A stretch of 64,000 nucleotides of DNA from Auanema rhodensis. Its lineage: Eukaryota > Animalia > Nematoda. Positions 1 through 13,946 of the stretch are shown piece by piece (within the stretch, counting starts at the first letter, position 1; each line of letters begins with the position of its first letter). The notes beneath the pieces are model-generated. The model had not been told where the DNA came from. It saw only the letters and a program-made list of their open reading frames with translations, and searched no databases. Position numbers and translations under genes: made by a program. The stretch covers positions 14,198,001 through 14,262,000 of the forward strand of contig OZ059897.1 in the NCBI GenBank assembly GCA_964057225.1, given 5' to 3'.

Positions 1-1133
1 ATTGTACTCTATATCATGCTCCATCACATATGGGACAAGAATACAGATTCTTCTTATGCTTTCAATGCTCTTTGTAAGTTATTCCTTATTTTTACAACAA
101 TTAATGAAACATTGTTTGAAGTGGCTTGTTTTTTGCTTTTATTGTCTCTAGTGGTCTTCATCCGATATTTTTAGCTCCTTGTTTCGGAGTATATATGGCC
201 GGGTTTTTAAAATATTTTGATTTGTATGCGCTGACCGTAGCGCTATTCGTTTTTTCTTTAGTCAATTGTAAGATAATAAAGAATAATGAACAATATTTGA
301 AGAATTATTAAGATTATGGTGGATTAACACTAATGATGTTCTATCTACGATATGAAGCGTTGCAGTTAAGATCACGAATTATAATGAAATATGTTTTATA
401 CGGAATATCATTTGCCGTTTATTTTGTGGTACCTTGTATTCTTTTCATCATAACAAAGCTTGAAAATGTAGAAGAAGTAAATAATGATTGCTTAATGGTC
501 TGTTTTTGTAATTAGCCATTTCACAATGAATATTCAGATATATAAAGGTGATCCCATGGATATTTTGAAGAAAGAAAGTATAGTTGTATCATACACCAAT
601 TCAGGAATATACGTAACTACTTGTCTTTATATGTGTATATTCAGTCTTATACTCTTTCTAATTATTCTTTCTATAATATTAATGTTTATGTGGAAAAGAT
701 TTAACGATCTAAAAAACACGATGTCTCAACAAGCGCTAAGCACACATAAACTATTTTTGAAAGTTAATTTTATTCAGGTTTCAATTGATTCTTATTCAGT
801 TTTCGTAATTAAACTTATAGACTTGTACATTGGTTACAATTGCTTCATTGGGCTTAGTATTCCTAGTGTTGCCATATTTCAATATCATTGTAATAGGTAA
901 CACACGAAATATTGACAAATATTGTTTTCTTTCCCTTTCAGAAATTCAAAATACTACTGCTGTATTGCTTTGCGTAATCTTCATAAGTGGACCAATGTAT
1001 GCGATATATACAGTTCCTTCTTATAGAACAGGAATTCTCCATATTTTTAAAACAAACAATATCAAATCAGGTTTATAACATTTTATTCTCGTACGTAGGT
1101 TCACGTCCATTATGCAAATTGCACGTGAACTAA
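1..1133 (+). CDS. Serpentine (7TM) chemoreceptor, Srh/Sri/Str-like; 5' end lies outside the window
   Basis: Hand-spliced exons give a hydrophobic multi-TM protein: ..HAPSHMGQEYRFFL..GLHPIFLAPCFGVYMAGFLKY..LMMFYLRYEAL..MSQQALSTHKLFLKVNFIQ..PSYRTGILHIF. Six short GT-AG introns; stop at 1131-1133. Confidence 0.75.
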
Positions 1134-2174
1134 TTTTCTCTTAAATGTGCAAACCAAGCTATTGCTATCAATCTGCGCAAGCTGATTTCATATTTCAAGC
1201 TCAACGATTTTTGAACTCCTCATATCAACTATTAATTGAAATTCTTCGAATGACTTTAATAAAACAATTTCAGGGTAGTGACGGTTCTTGAGAAAATGAG
1301 TAAAAACCGTACAAGCTTTCATTGAATTCGTTATATAAGAATTGTTCAATTATCTTCCTGATCTTACTCTTTTATATTTTTCACCAGGCCTCTCAGAATC
1401 ACTCAGATTATCAGGCATATAAGCTGTGTACAAAAGTTGTGTACTTTTTAAATAACAGTGTAATCTAAATTAGTTAAAAGTCAATAACTTATAGAATTAT
1501 TTTATTCCAATATTGGAGAATATTACAAAAGGTCTGAGGAGTGTTTAATTGACCTTTCAATTTACTTTCAGTGTTTTTTGGTTCAAAGAAGATATTCATC
1601 CACTCCAAAATTGATACACTATTTAGTCAAATAATTATTTCTTAATATGCTTGATTTCTACATTTCATTAATAAAATAAAAATATACATACTGGTTAAGA
1701 AAATAAAAAATTTTCATAATCAAAGTAGTATTAAAGTTATTAAAAGAAATCAAGAATGTTGGAATTTTTATTAAATGGTTAAACTATTTTTCTAATCAGT
1801 TAATGTAGTAGTTATGTAAACAGCTGACTTTTGACATTTAAATGTTTTATGTAGTAAAGGGAATAAAGAATTATAAGCGATATGATTTAGGTTAGTATAA
1901 GAATAATAATCATAACTTCATGGCAATACTTAGAAAGTTAAATGCTGATTCAACAGGGTTACGTTCAGAGAATGAATGCATTAAATGTTTTGAAAAGCGA
2001 AAATAAAGGAAGGACTGGGTAACTGACAAATATTTATACATTAGACTTCTGAAGTGTCTGAGACCTCTTTATGTTATTTTTATTTTTACGTTACTTCGAA
2101 ATCCCGAAGAGTTCATCTTTACAAGCTACAGTTTCTAACGATTTCGAAAAGTGAAAAATGATAAGAAAATACAA

Positions 2175-4604
2175 TTATTCATATGGCTTGAATAAAGTAG
2201 CCTTTTTTGTGGGAGGCGGAGAGGATGATAAACTATCGGAATCTTCACTTCTGTAACAAATAGTTAGTTTATGGGTAGCATTTTATAATTTCAATTTACC
2301 TTTCACGTTTAATGTCTTCTCTTTCAAGGGATGAGCCTGTGAACTCCTGTTGGCTACGTCTCCATTTCGCCCTTCTGTTAGAAAACCAAACCTTAAAAAA
2401 GTAGTTAATATATGAATATTATATGATTGAATAGTAATACTAGATACCTGTATTCTCGATTCTGGTAATTGCGTCTTCTTCATTAGATCTAGTCTCTCAG
2501 CATTACTTGGATAGGGCTCATGTGCAAAGGCTGTTTCTAACATATCTAATTGATCTATAGAGATGTAAAGTCATTTATTGTTACTTTTTAGTGAATACCT
2601 TGATTAAAGCTACTTCGACTGGACCGTCGTCCACTAGTTTGATCTTCATCGCTCATAGTAATAGTTTCCGCAGGCGATGGAGGAGCAGCTCTATTCAATG
2701 TTCCCATTGCTGCCGTTAAGAATGGATTCAGCTGAAGCTGGGGTACACTTGATGCATTTAACAAAAGCCCTGTTTTCAGATATACGTCAGTTGAACTTCA
2801 TCTTATCTATTACCTGGCCATAAAGCTGGTTGAAAAGGAAATGGAAATCCAGTTGCAGCCGTAGGTGTTGGCAAACCCATAGACGGCATCAAGCCTGCTC
2901 TTGCCACATTTCTATATATCCTCGTTATATTAACGTTTATAAAAAAGTGTTCATAAGCACGATGTTTGTGCTTTTATAAAAATATTGGTACCTTGCTACA
3001 TGCTGGGCGTTAAGAAACATCGTAAGCTCTTCGGCAGCTCTTTCGGAAGCTCTTGATCTAAGTATTCTGTTGATAGATGAGACGGAGGGCGGTGTAGTAC
3101 AGACAGCTAAAAAATGTCGTTTCTATGTATTGATTACATGTTTTGACATGCTTAACCTTTAATATCTATACTAGTTAGGTTAGTGAGCAAAGGGCTAATA
3201 AGTGTCTATGAATAGTCTTGAATACTATACAAACATAAACTCTTTTATCGAAAAACCGAGCACGGCTTGTACAAAGATTAAACCAATTACGGTATGATAT
3301 GAGCATCTAGTACTACCATATACATCATATACGTAAGTGACACCACTTGGCTTTCGGAAGAAAAGTCTGTTGACACGCGACACCTTGCTCATAGAAGAAT
3401 CGTCAGGGGGGTAAACAAGTCAGCATCAAGTGCCTGATGTGACAAGATGAAGAACAAGAAGAAGACTAGTTGAGAAGTATCGGTTGTCATTTGAGGATAA
3501 AGATACCACATTGTTGAAAAAAGATATTACAAGATCAAAGATAGATAGATAGAATTAGTGAATGAAGGTAGACGAAAAAGAGAAAAAGAGTAAGTGAGAA
3601 AATCGATAAGGTAAAGAAACAGTTCTCTCAATATCTTGAACTGTCATCCTTTATGGAAACTGTCCTCATATTAAGAAGTCAACTATCTGGCATTAGACAT
3701 AGTATATGAATATTTGAGGTCTTCATTGATTCAACATTATAACAAAGTGTAGGTTTTCAGATAACAACTTTCCTATATTAGCAGATACACGTTGTTTGCT
3801 TTAAGTCATTCTTTTTCTCAAAACAATGGATACTTCACATATGCACAGCACGAAATCTCTGTATCAAAATGTAATGAAGGTAGGATACCGTTTCATCATT
3901 GGAACGGATTCAGTGAGCTTAAGCACATATATTTCAAAAGATGCTAGATGTCAAACAAATTTGTTCGAGTCAATGTTCTTGAATATCATTTCGGAGCATC
4001 CGCAAATTCACTCACATCGCGTTTTAGCTTCAATCGACTAAATCTTTTCGAATATCCCGGCTCTTCAAACCTGCTCGGCCAGCTTGAATGGAAAGTGAGA
4101 ATTTCACAAATTTCGGTGAGAAGAGTAAGACGATGCTTCTTTGTTATTCAGAAGAGTTTCGTCGACATCACCAGAGGTAATCTTCATCGTGGAACAAGCA
4201 TTGTCAATACAGTAATCCTTGCAATATTTAGTTCAAAAAAATCACAATCTTTTCATTCATAAACCAAATAATATTTTTTTTGGAATCAGCATATTATACT
4301 TTCAAAGCTCAGCAAAAATAATTTTTTTTGTGATTTTTCGTAAAAAAAAAGAATATAACCTTCGCTTATTAGTCGTTCTCTTATTTCCCATGCAAAAATA
4401 GTTGGATTATCTCTTTTGTATTGCTCAATTTTAGCAACAACTTGCGGTGTAGCAACCTGAAAAAAAATTACAATTTATTTGAAAACAATTACACCTGTTG
4501 AAAAAAATTAAAGAAAACCTCACTTTAGGCTTGGTACCAGCTCCAGTTTTCACAGAATGCGGTTGAACAGTTGTAGATATATCAACCGTTTTCTTAGTCG
4601 TCAT
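2175..4604 (-). CDS. eyg-1: Eyegone-type Pax transcription factor (RED-only paired domain + S50 paired-class homeodomain)
   Basis: 8 exons: MTTKK..GTKPK|[32 protein letters not shown]|[27 protein letters not shown]..; homeodomain [38 protein letters not shown]; C-terminus ..TLFKPYE*. The SINRILR+RAxERAA motif and absent PAI subdomain are Eyegone hallmarks. Confidence 0.9.
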
Positions 4605-6087
4605 AATCTTATTTGTCTAGAAAAATCAAATTAATAATTTGTATATTCAAAAAGATTTTAAAGATTATTCAATGAACATAAGATAATATAGCTAAAAGTT
4701 TTTAATAAAATTATTAAAGTAAAGTCAAGCGGTGATTTTCAAGAAGATAAATCACTTAATAAGGTTTGTAGCTTTAAACAGGTGGCAGATGAATATGTGT
4801 GAACTGCCGAGATGTCATCGGGCAATGCATAAGGGGAAGGAACACTTATTGGTGTCAAGAGATGTAGGGGGATTACTGTACCACATGAAGAGGGCGGAGC
4901 ATTAGTGTGGTACAAGCATACAGGATATAGGTACTAATGAGGATACAAAAGAGCAGGAAGAGAATGAATACAAGTGCCAGATTATACGTTTGTCTTACAA
5001 GACTACTTTCAGCCTCTTGCTAAGATTAGACATGTAGCACTTTACGCCATCGGAATCCTTTGAAATTATAGAAAATCAAATGCTTCAAACGTTTTAATAC
5101 CGTATTGTTCGATTATATTGAAATGCTCTAATAAGTCAATTGATGATCTAAAATCTTTTTGTATATTCTGCATTTTTTCTTTCTTTCTACCGCTTGAATT
5201 AACCGAATTTTCATAATAATTTATACAATTTAACAGATGATGAATTATCTTCTAAAGCTGTGGGAAATATCCGGAAAATAATAGAAGCATAAGATGAAAT
5301 TATATTAATTTTTCGGATTTACCATTAGAAAAGACATTATTCTTTGATATCTTGTATCAATCACTTTATAAGCATTATAATCATTCAAATACACTTAGAA
5401 CTAAATCTGTTTTAGTATTTATTTTATTTTACTTCAGCCATACTCCCCCTATTTTCAAATGGATAATTTCTAGAAAATAAAAAGAAAGCTAAAGGAAATA
5501 AAATATTATATATGCCCTTTGTAAGCTTGTCCTTGCTGTTATTGACAAACCTTCTTATTAAAACATTATCTTTCAAACGCTTTTTGTTTATTCTACTGTC
5601 ACAACTGATAACACTGTGATGAATTAGCTATTTCTGATTTTGTTCACTGTTTTCACGTAGATAAGACGGCCAATTGTTCCATCGATGTGGAAAATGACAC
5701 AAAACGCTCTGTTGTTGTACTTCAACAAGGCTTCACTAAGTCTTTCTTCTTTATTTTCATCACAATCAATTTCTCTTAGTTTTTAAACGTATCAAAAACG
5801 AATATTGCTAACTCTTGTTAGAAATAAAAAGTTGTGAGAATGATGAACAACATTTGTTTTTGTGATCATATCACATTTTCTAATTATATATATATATATA
5901 TATAAACTTGTATTATACTTATATTGTGCAATATTCATTGATCCATCACTGACAAAGTAAATATTACATCTTCTTCTCAACAAATTTTATTTTATGCAAT
6001 CTTTTTTAAAGATTCTTTTCTCAGATTCTTCTTACGTTATTCGTTCTTGCCATAGTATTGTAGAAATTTGTTTTAATTTTAAGAGTC

Positions 6088-6828
6088 ATGTACGTTAGCC
6101 GAACATCTCTCATTTTGCTTTTGGCTCTGGTTGGCTTAGCCTCTGCTATGCGCAAGCAAGGCGTCGCTGTCAAAGGTCATCTGAAGTGTGGAGATGTCCC
6201 CGCTGCGAAAACTAAAGTTCGCATTGTTGATATTGATTATGGTGGGTATTTGCTTATTTATTTATTATTTTTGTATTCTATAAATTTCGTCGAGAATAAC
6301 GGTCACATACAGATAAAAAAATATGTGAGACAAAGATAAGAGAATGATACTAAGAATGATAATAAGAAGTTTAATCAGAACATATTGGAAAATTGTTTTG
6401 AATAAAAATCAATAAAGCACTGATATCTATTACTACTTTAATCAAACTAATTGATATCAATTTAGGACCAGATCCAGATGATACATTAGATGAGAAGTTA
6501 ACTGAAAAAGATGGATCTTTCTCCCTCACTGGATCAACTCGTGAAATGACTCCTATTGACCCTGTTCTCTATGTGTGGACTGATTGCCGTGACGAGGAAA
6601 CTGTAAGTTTAATTAAGAATGTACTTGATTAGAAAATTACTATCAAGGATACTAAACTAGACCTAATCAGTTATATTTCAGCCATGTTTGCGCAAGTTGA
6701 AGTTTGTCATTCCAAAATCGTTCATTCATGATGGAGAGCCAAAGCCAGAGCAATGGATTGACATCGGAACACTTAATTTGGAAGGAAAATTCGATGAAGA
6801 GAAAAGAGAATGCATTGATGCTGCTTAG
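6088..6828 (+). CDS. Transthyretin-like (TTR-52/DUF290) secreted protein
   Basis: 3 exons: signal peptide, MRKQGVAVKGHLKCG..RIVDIDYG|PDPDDTLDEKLTEKDGSFSLTG..IDPVLYVWTDCRDEET|PCLRKLKFVIPKSFI..IDIGTLNLEGKFDEEKREC. Confidence 0.93.
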
Positions 6829-7898
6829 ATTCTTTAAAACTCAATTTACTGGTTTAACTTTATCGATAGCAAGTGTGATACACAATAAAGAATTTTGCAA
6901 CTTTTCTATGAAAATCTTAGGCTTTCACATAATACCACATTCTTAAAATAGTCTGGTGTTTTCGTTTTAGTACATGTATATTGATATATTGAATGATGAT
7001 ATTGTAATGTTATAATACATAACTGAGCAAACTAGAGTATTGTCGAGAAGATAGAAGAAAATCCCATTTTTGTGAAAACATACATACAGTTCTGTGCTAT
7101 GAAAGTCGGACGCTCACTAGAAACCCTTATATCTTCTCAGACAAACTACAAAAATTCAGAAAAAAATATATTTTGAGTGGTAAAAAACGATAATGACTTT
7201 AGAAAGAAAAAAGAAAAAGCTGAAAAATTCAAAAAATCATGTATTTTCTGAAGACTCTGAAATTTTCATAAACTGCTAGAAGTCTTCTTTCTTGAATTTC
7301 AGAAGTTTCATCAAGACTTCAGATATAATCTTTTGATAGAATGTTAGGAGTACACTAAACGTCTATTTTTCTTTTAAATGGGAGAATTTAGTTTTACGTT
7401 AACCAAGTTTTCTTCGTAGGTAAGAGTCAGATGCTGAAGCTTACTTGTTTGAAGCTATGCTGCAGAAAAAACTTGGTTATTGATCGAGCTTTGTGCTTAA
7501 AATCCATTTAAATTATATTTAATCAATTAACATGTTCCTAATCTCAAATTGTGTGACATTAAGATGAATTATTCAAAATAATCAAAAAATACTATTTTCC
7601 CTTATAAATTTAAAAATATTATTGAAATTTAGTTTTAGTTATATTAGCATATATTTTCATTGAATATAAACTATATGAACTCTCAAAATTTTGGAAAATA
7701 AAAAAAAATTTTTTTTTGTGGTTTGAAGGAGTTTTCTGGGGCGTCTAACATAGTGGTGTGCAACCTTCATCGCACAGGACTGTAAATCTCTCGCTCTATA
7801 CAGATTATCCTGTTTTAGTACAAATATAATAATAATAATCAAAAGCTTTAATATTTTCAGACATATATCCTACACATTATTGATACAATTGCTAATAA

Positions 7899-10059
7899 TT
7901 AATCAATTTTTTTTGAAGATTTCTTAGTAGTAGAAAACTTAAAAATTGATAATATTTTTGTAATAATTACAATAATTGTTAATAAAGATATTAAGGAAAC
8001 TCCTACTATAGCAAATAAAATATCTATATTATAAAGAACAATGGTAGATAATTCACGTGAATGAAGACGTAAATAGTCAAAATGTTCTCCATATTTTGCG
8101 TGAAGTTCAACTGATTCAGATATCTTATTTCTAAATTCTTCAGCTTTTCCCTTCAAAACTTCAGCAACAAATTTAGCTTTATTTTTGTATTGACTGAAAA
8201 AAATATAATTTATTTTTATTAATTATAAATATGCTTACTTTTGAGGGTCTAATAAATGTCTGATATTATCGACTAACAATTGCTTGGTAATATAGCGGCG
8301 ATCAAGCATCATTGTTGATCCTACTCTGACTGAAAATAGGTATTTGAAACAAAAATATCAAAATATTCTATATAACTAGAGAATGCTATTCAATAGATAT
8401 GCATATTTTTAAAAAATAAATATTGAATCTTACCAGCAGTCATAGTATTTACAACTTGATCGGCAAAAATAGGAATAGAAAGCATAACTTTTCCTCTAAA
8501 TTGACCTTCAGTGATAGAATTCATACCACCATGAGTGATGAAAAGACTTAATCTATCATCACCTTTAAATAAATATATTAAATTAAAATATAATATAATA
8601 GTATATACCTAAAAGATCAGTTTGAGGGAACCATTGTTGAACAACAATATTATCATAAGGGCTGAAATCAAATGTCTCATTTTGACATTTTTCATATTTG
8701 AACAGGAAAGTAATATCCTTCATACTATGAAAAGCCTCAGCAATAACTGGAAAATTAAAAGTAAGAATTTAATGATGTATAAAATCAGATCCTACGTTGT
8801 TTGATGTTATTTGGAGCTTCACACATTTTTACAAAAGTTCCCAAAGAAAAGAGAACAGTGTATTTGCGTTTATTTAAAAGTTCATCAATATTCTTAAATA
8901 TATTAGAATACTAAGACGAGATATATATTCAAGTCATTACCTTTTCAAGTGGTTTTGTTTGATATAAGTGAGCACCACCGGCTAACTGAATCATTGGGGT
9001 CATTGGTCGTGCAGTTTGGGTGAACTCATTGGCATTTGCAAGTATAAGACTTGACTTTTTCTGAAAAAATTCTGTATTTTTTAAAACAAAAACAATGAAT
9101 ATACCATCATTAGATCTCTTCCTTTAGGTAGTTTAGAATCATAACTTTGGAAAAGTTCATCTAATTCATATTCCATATCATTACTAATTCTACGTAATGT
9201 TAAGCAATTTTGAATATTTTGAATTCTTTCCCAGAAAGTCATCTTATCATCAACAGCAGAGAACCAATCTATATATAGAAGAAATAAATGGAAATAGATT
9301 CTTCTTCCATACTTGGAACGAATGATGCCATGTGGGGAATACCGGTGACATCATAGGTATATGGATAGACATCACCGATGGCAGATGCCAAAATGGATCG
9401 TTTGATACCAATATACTGTAAGATACATTTTTTTCATAATTCTAGCAGCTTAGTGTACCTCTGTTAGAAGGAAAGCTCCAGTATCATAATATTCATGAAT
9501 AGCAATATCAAACTTTGAATTTCGTAACTTATTCAAAACTTCTTGTCCATCTTTCAGTAATACTAAAAATCTTTAATAAAGACTATACACTTTTCAAATA
9601 GTTTACCTTTGTACATTCCTATGGTTGAATCGAAAAAATCTTTCATAGCATCGGGTGTCATTGGAGCCAAATCTGTAGTAGTCCAGACATTATTGATTTC
9701 TTCGCTGAAAAAAATACATATTTAATCACTTACAATTATGAATGACTTACTGTACATTATCGAAATCTCCAGCATATTGAAGTCCAGCAGGTAAATTATG
9801 AATTGATTTTTCACTTGTACCGAAAGGTTTTAACTTGTCATCAAATTCAGGAGCAAATACAGTCTAAAAATGAGAAAAAATTAAGTTGAGTAACTTCGAA
9901 ATATCAACATACAACGTTGTGCCCTGCTCTTGCTATTATATCAGCAATATTACCAAGAAATCGAATGTGGCTATGAGCGAAAGTAGGATTTATAACTAAG
10001 ACGTTGGCTGCTATTGCCAGGGATGGAAGAAGAATTAACGCTACGATTAACGTATTCAT
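7899..10059 (-). CDS. UDP-glucuronosyl/glucosyltransferase (ugt family)
   Basis: About 12 exons: signal peptide, [67 protein letters not shown] UGT signature; C-terminal TM helix and KKID* dilysine ER-retention motif. Confidence 0.93.
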
Positions 10060-10961
10060 CAATGTATCTGAAAGAATAAAAAATTGAAATGAGAATAGCT
10101 ATTCGTTATCAGACGAGCAGCAAAGATATGCTTCGAATGGCTCAACGTTTTGTTTAAATACTTATAAGGACAGTGAGATGAAAGAGAAAAAAACGAGAAT
10201 TAAGAAACTAGACCAACATTTGACGGGTACAGTTTGCAATTAAAACTGAACAAAGCACACCTTAAAATCTAACATTCACCAACATATTTTAACGAGTTAT
10301 GTTCTCAAAATTTTGTAAAACATGACAATAGAGTATATCATCAATCAATGTGATCAAATTGAAGATGTGTTGGTGTCTCTTCCGTCAAATCTTATACGTC
10401 TAGACCCATTTATACGATTTTCTTTCCCTTTTATGAACAAATAGCTTCAAAATTGCACAATGTTAAGCAATTGTTAATCTTTGATGTCTGTTATTCGTTT
10501 CAGCGAGTAAACGTATACTATAACTATCATCATTTTTCGTCGAAATTTGTATCTGTGATGAGATGATAATACCGCATATTTTGATAAAGATTATATATTA
10601 TTTAATTATACTGTTATGATTGAATTATAATCCGATTGCTATATTTTAAAAGGATTAGGGATATCCGTCAACCCTCCCCGTTCCTTATGAACTTATTAAC
10701 TTTCATATTTTTAATAAACCATGTGTATATTACTTATGTATGTTCTTAATTATTTATAAATCTCGTATATCATGTTATATATGTATATGTCATTGTTTAA
10801 TATAATAGAAAAATTGTTTATTAGTCGAATTATTCGAAAGATTAATGTTTGTATCTGTATTATTCAAACGATTATATCAGTTATTTTTCTTTACTAGACC
10901 ATTTGAGAATCTTCTGTTATCACAGAATATCATAAAGCATTCCTAGGAAATGATAAATTAC

Positions 10962-11846
10962 TTAAGCGGCGGGTACTGGAACGACAGCTGGAGCTGGTTC
11001 TTGAGCTACAGGAGCAACCTTGGCAGCTTCAGCAGCAACCTTGGCAGCTTCAGCAGCAGCAGCAGCAGCTTGTTCGGCTATAACAGCTTCAGCAGCGGCA
11101 AGTTCAGCGCGAAGTTGCTCAACATACTGCAACAAACAGTTAAAATATTTAAAAAATAAAATTTCTAAGAAAAACCTCGGTAGCTTGGACAGCATCTCTC
11201 TTGACGCGACATTCGGCCTTGCATTGTTCATAAGCAGTCAAAACCTGAGAATAATTAAATAAATAGTACAATAATATGCTTAATAGATATAATTTTTTGA
11301 AGAACTATAGATATACCTTAATTGACTTTGGCTTTTGGACTTTGGCGACTACTGGTTTGACTAATTCTTCAACAACTGGCTCTGGCACAACAACCTGAAA
11401 TCAAAATAATTTAACTGAAACCCAACTTAATATTGTTAATGCTGTATAAAAAACACTTACTTCAGCGACAACAGGTTCTTCAACAACAGCGGGTTTTTCC
11501 TCAACTTTAGCTGCTTTCTCCTGTAAATATTTTAATTAATTTAATTTACTAATTACATGTATTGCAATTATTGATGAAGGTTTATGAAACTTACTGTTTT
11601 AGCTTGCTTGGGTTCCTTCATAGCCTTTTCCTTAGTCTTCTCAGCCTTCTTTCCCCTACAAGACACAATTATAAAGTATATACTACTATTCATTAATTAT
11701 AGAAACATTAAAATTAATACAAATAGTATGATTTAGATTTATATTTCAACTAACTTTTCTTTTCCATTCTTAGCCTTTTTACAATCCATGGATGAAACTA
11801 AGAGAAGGGCACAGATGGCAACAACAAGAATTGTACGGGTGTTCAT
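10962..11846 (-). CDS. Small secreted Lys/Glu/Val/Ala-rich protein of unknown function
   Basis: 6 exons in frame: MNTRTILVVAICALLLVSSMDCKKAKNGKEK|GKKAEKTKEK..|EKAAKVEEKPAVVEEPVVAE|VVVPEPVVEE..|VLTAYEQCKAECRVKRDAVQATE|YVEQLRAELAAAEAVIAEQAAAAAAEAAKVAAEAAKVAP..PAA*; TATA-like and TGATAA sites upstream. Confidence 0.85.
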
Positions 11847-12716
11847 TTTCTTCAAAAATAAATTATTTAAGATATAAATAATTTCAAGTTGAAATAAAGT
11901 AATAAAAATATTTTTGAATCGTAATTTAATAATGGAGAGGAAACTGAAACCTGAGGAACCTTATCATGATGCCGCTATTTATAAGAAAGCAGATGAAAAG
12001 CTGATAACAAACTGTTCATCTCTGACGTAAATCTTTAGAAAAGGACACGTTGATTTACAGGTTGCTTAAGTCGAAATTTAATATTTTTTATCATTTTTTA
12101 AAATCTTCTAATTGTTTGACGTAATGAGCTGTCTTCAATTTGGGTGCTCACGTAATTAGCAATACAATCGAATATCTGATAATGATTAAGTGCTTTGAAC
12201 ACAAAAAAAAGAAAAAATAATTAATACTATTGAATTTATGTGTATTCTCACAGTTCTCAACTTTTTTCTTCATGTAGTCTTGAGTATCATATCTGTTACT
12301 TATAAATATATCATATAATTACTTTTATAACTCATTATTTCAAATGTATTCAAATAACTTAATCTTCTATGAAATCCTTCTTTCCAAACATTACTATACC
12401 AAGGTTTCTAAATAAATGATCTATAAATAACTAATATTCATAGATTATTTTCATAGTTCAACGATAAAAGATAAGCTGATAGTTCACTCAATATTTCATT
12501 ATATCATGTGAGTGTTTGAATATAATTCAATGATTCATTATAATATTAATATATAACAAATTTATAAAACAATAGACAAATTATAAACATAGTATTACAC
12601 ATTAATTAGAAAAAAAAACACCCGTTCATAATGTTAATAATATTGAAGTTACTGTTAATCGGATTGAAGTTACCAGTAGTTAATCACTCGAGTTCATATT
12701 CGTTTCTTTTATGATC

Positions 12717-13122
12717 TTATTTTCCAGGTTGTGTTGCATTGTATCCCACAAATGGACTAGAAGTTGGTTCAGGTTCTGAAATTTAAAATCGGTTACGATA
12801 ATCTCTGTAAATCGCTTATAATTCGATTAAACAAACATACTTTTGCAGAAAATAAGAAGCAATGTTGTGATGGTAGCACCACCCAAAAATACGACTGTTA
12901 ACACTATACAGACAATAATCAATGGAACTGAAATCCCAAGCACTCGACGTTCTTGATATAAAGATGGATTTGCATCTTGTGCTAGACTTAAATAAACAAC
13001 TTATGAATATATGCTTATAAAATACTTCATATAACTACAAAGACATAAATTTGAGAAACTTACTCTTCTAACTTGACTGACACTGAAGACTTTGCTAATG
13101 GACGCATCATCGAGTATGCCAT
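12717..13122 (-). CDS. Small (~85 aa) single-pass membrane protein
   Basis: 3 exons in frame: MAYSMMRPLAKSSVSVKLE|DLAQDANPSLYQERRVLGISVPLIIVCIVLTVVFLGGATITTLLLIFCK|KPEPTSSPFVGYNATQPGK*; not in the ORF track. Confidence 0.7.
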
Positions 13123-13946
13123 CGATTGAAACTTTTGTCGTTATTATCGCCCCCCTAAAGCACTGATTCATTCTGATAAGCTTGACAAATATATTATATT
13201 TGCATATATTTACTGGATGAATGTTTTATATTTCAAGAAAAAAAATTCTAAAAATGAAACTTTATACATATGTTTATAAACAGATATCTATAACATTTCG
13301 CTAATTAAGAATTTGGAAAAAAACAATGAATAAGATTTTTAGTGTTTCACTTTTCTTTCATAATAGTACTAACAAGTACTTTTCGTGTTATACCTAATTT
13401 ATAATTATTCAGGTATAAATAAACATGAAAGGATATAATAGCCGTAAAAGACCAAATCATTTAATCAATACTTGATGACTAAGTGTAGAATCCAGACACA
13501 GGGAAAAGAAAAAGGCATATTTTGAGTTATCAAGACTATAGGATCTAGCAAACACAGAAAAACGGGCAACTCACGCTTTTTCTTAGAGTTTGTCTATCAA
13601 TATTCATCCAAATTCAAACAATAGGTTTAAAGTTAAATTTTAAATAAAACATTATTCCTAATACTTTATTAAACCTGGAATTGCATGTACAAAATATATA
13701 CAAATTTGAATATGTAAAACAAACAAACGATACCATTATGTCCCATAAATGATATAAAAAACAAACAAGTTTTGAGCTAGATTATGTGTCTGGCAGAAAT
13801 ACCCGTTTCAATATAAATAATTTACAGATCAAAGATATAAATAAAGCAGTAGTTCATAAGCAGAGCTTTAAGCACCTATACTAGTTGATAGAAACATCGA
13901 AACTGAATAGAACATTCCGATTTTCTATATTAATCAGCTTCTTCAA

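Noticed and set aside
10950-11262. + strand Ser/Ala-rich ORFs
   Set aside because: Antisense shadow of the GCT-rich exon of the secreted-protein gene
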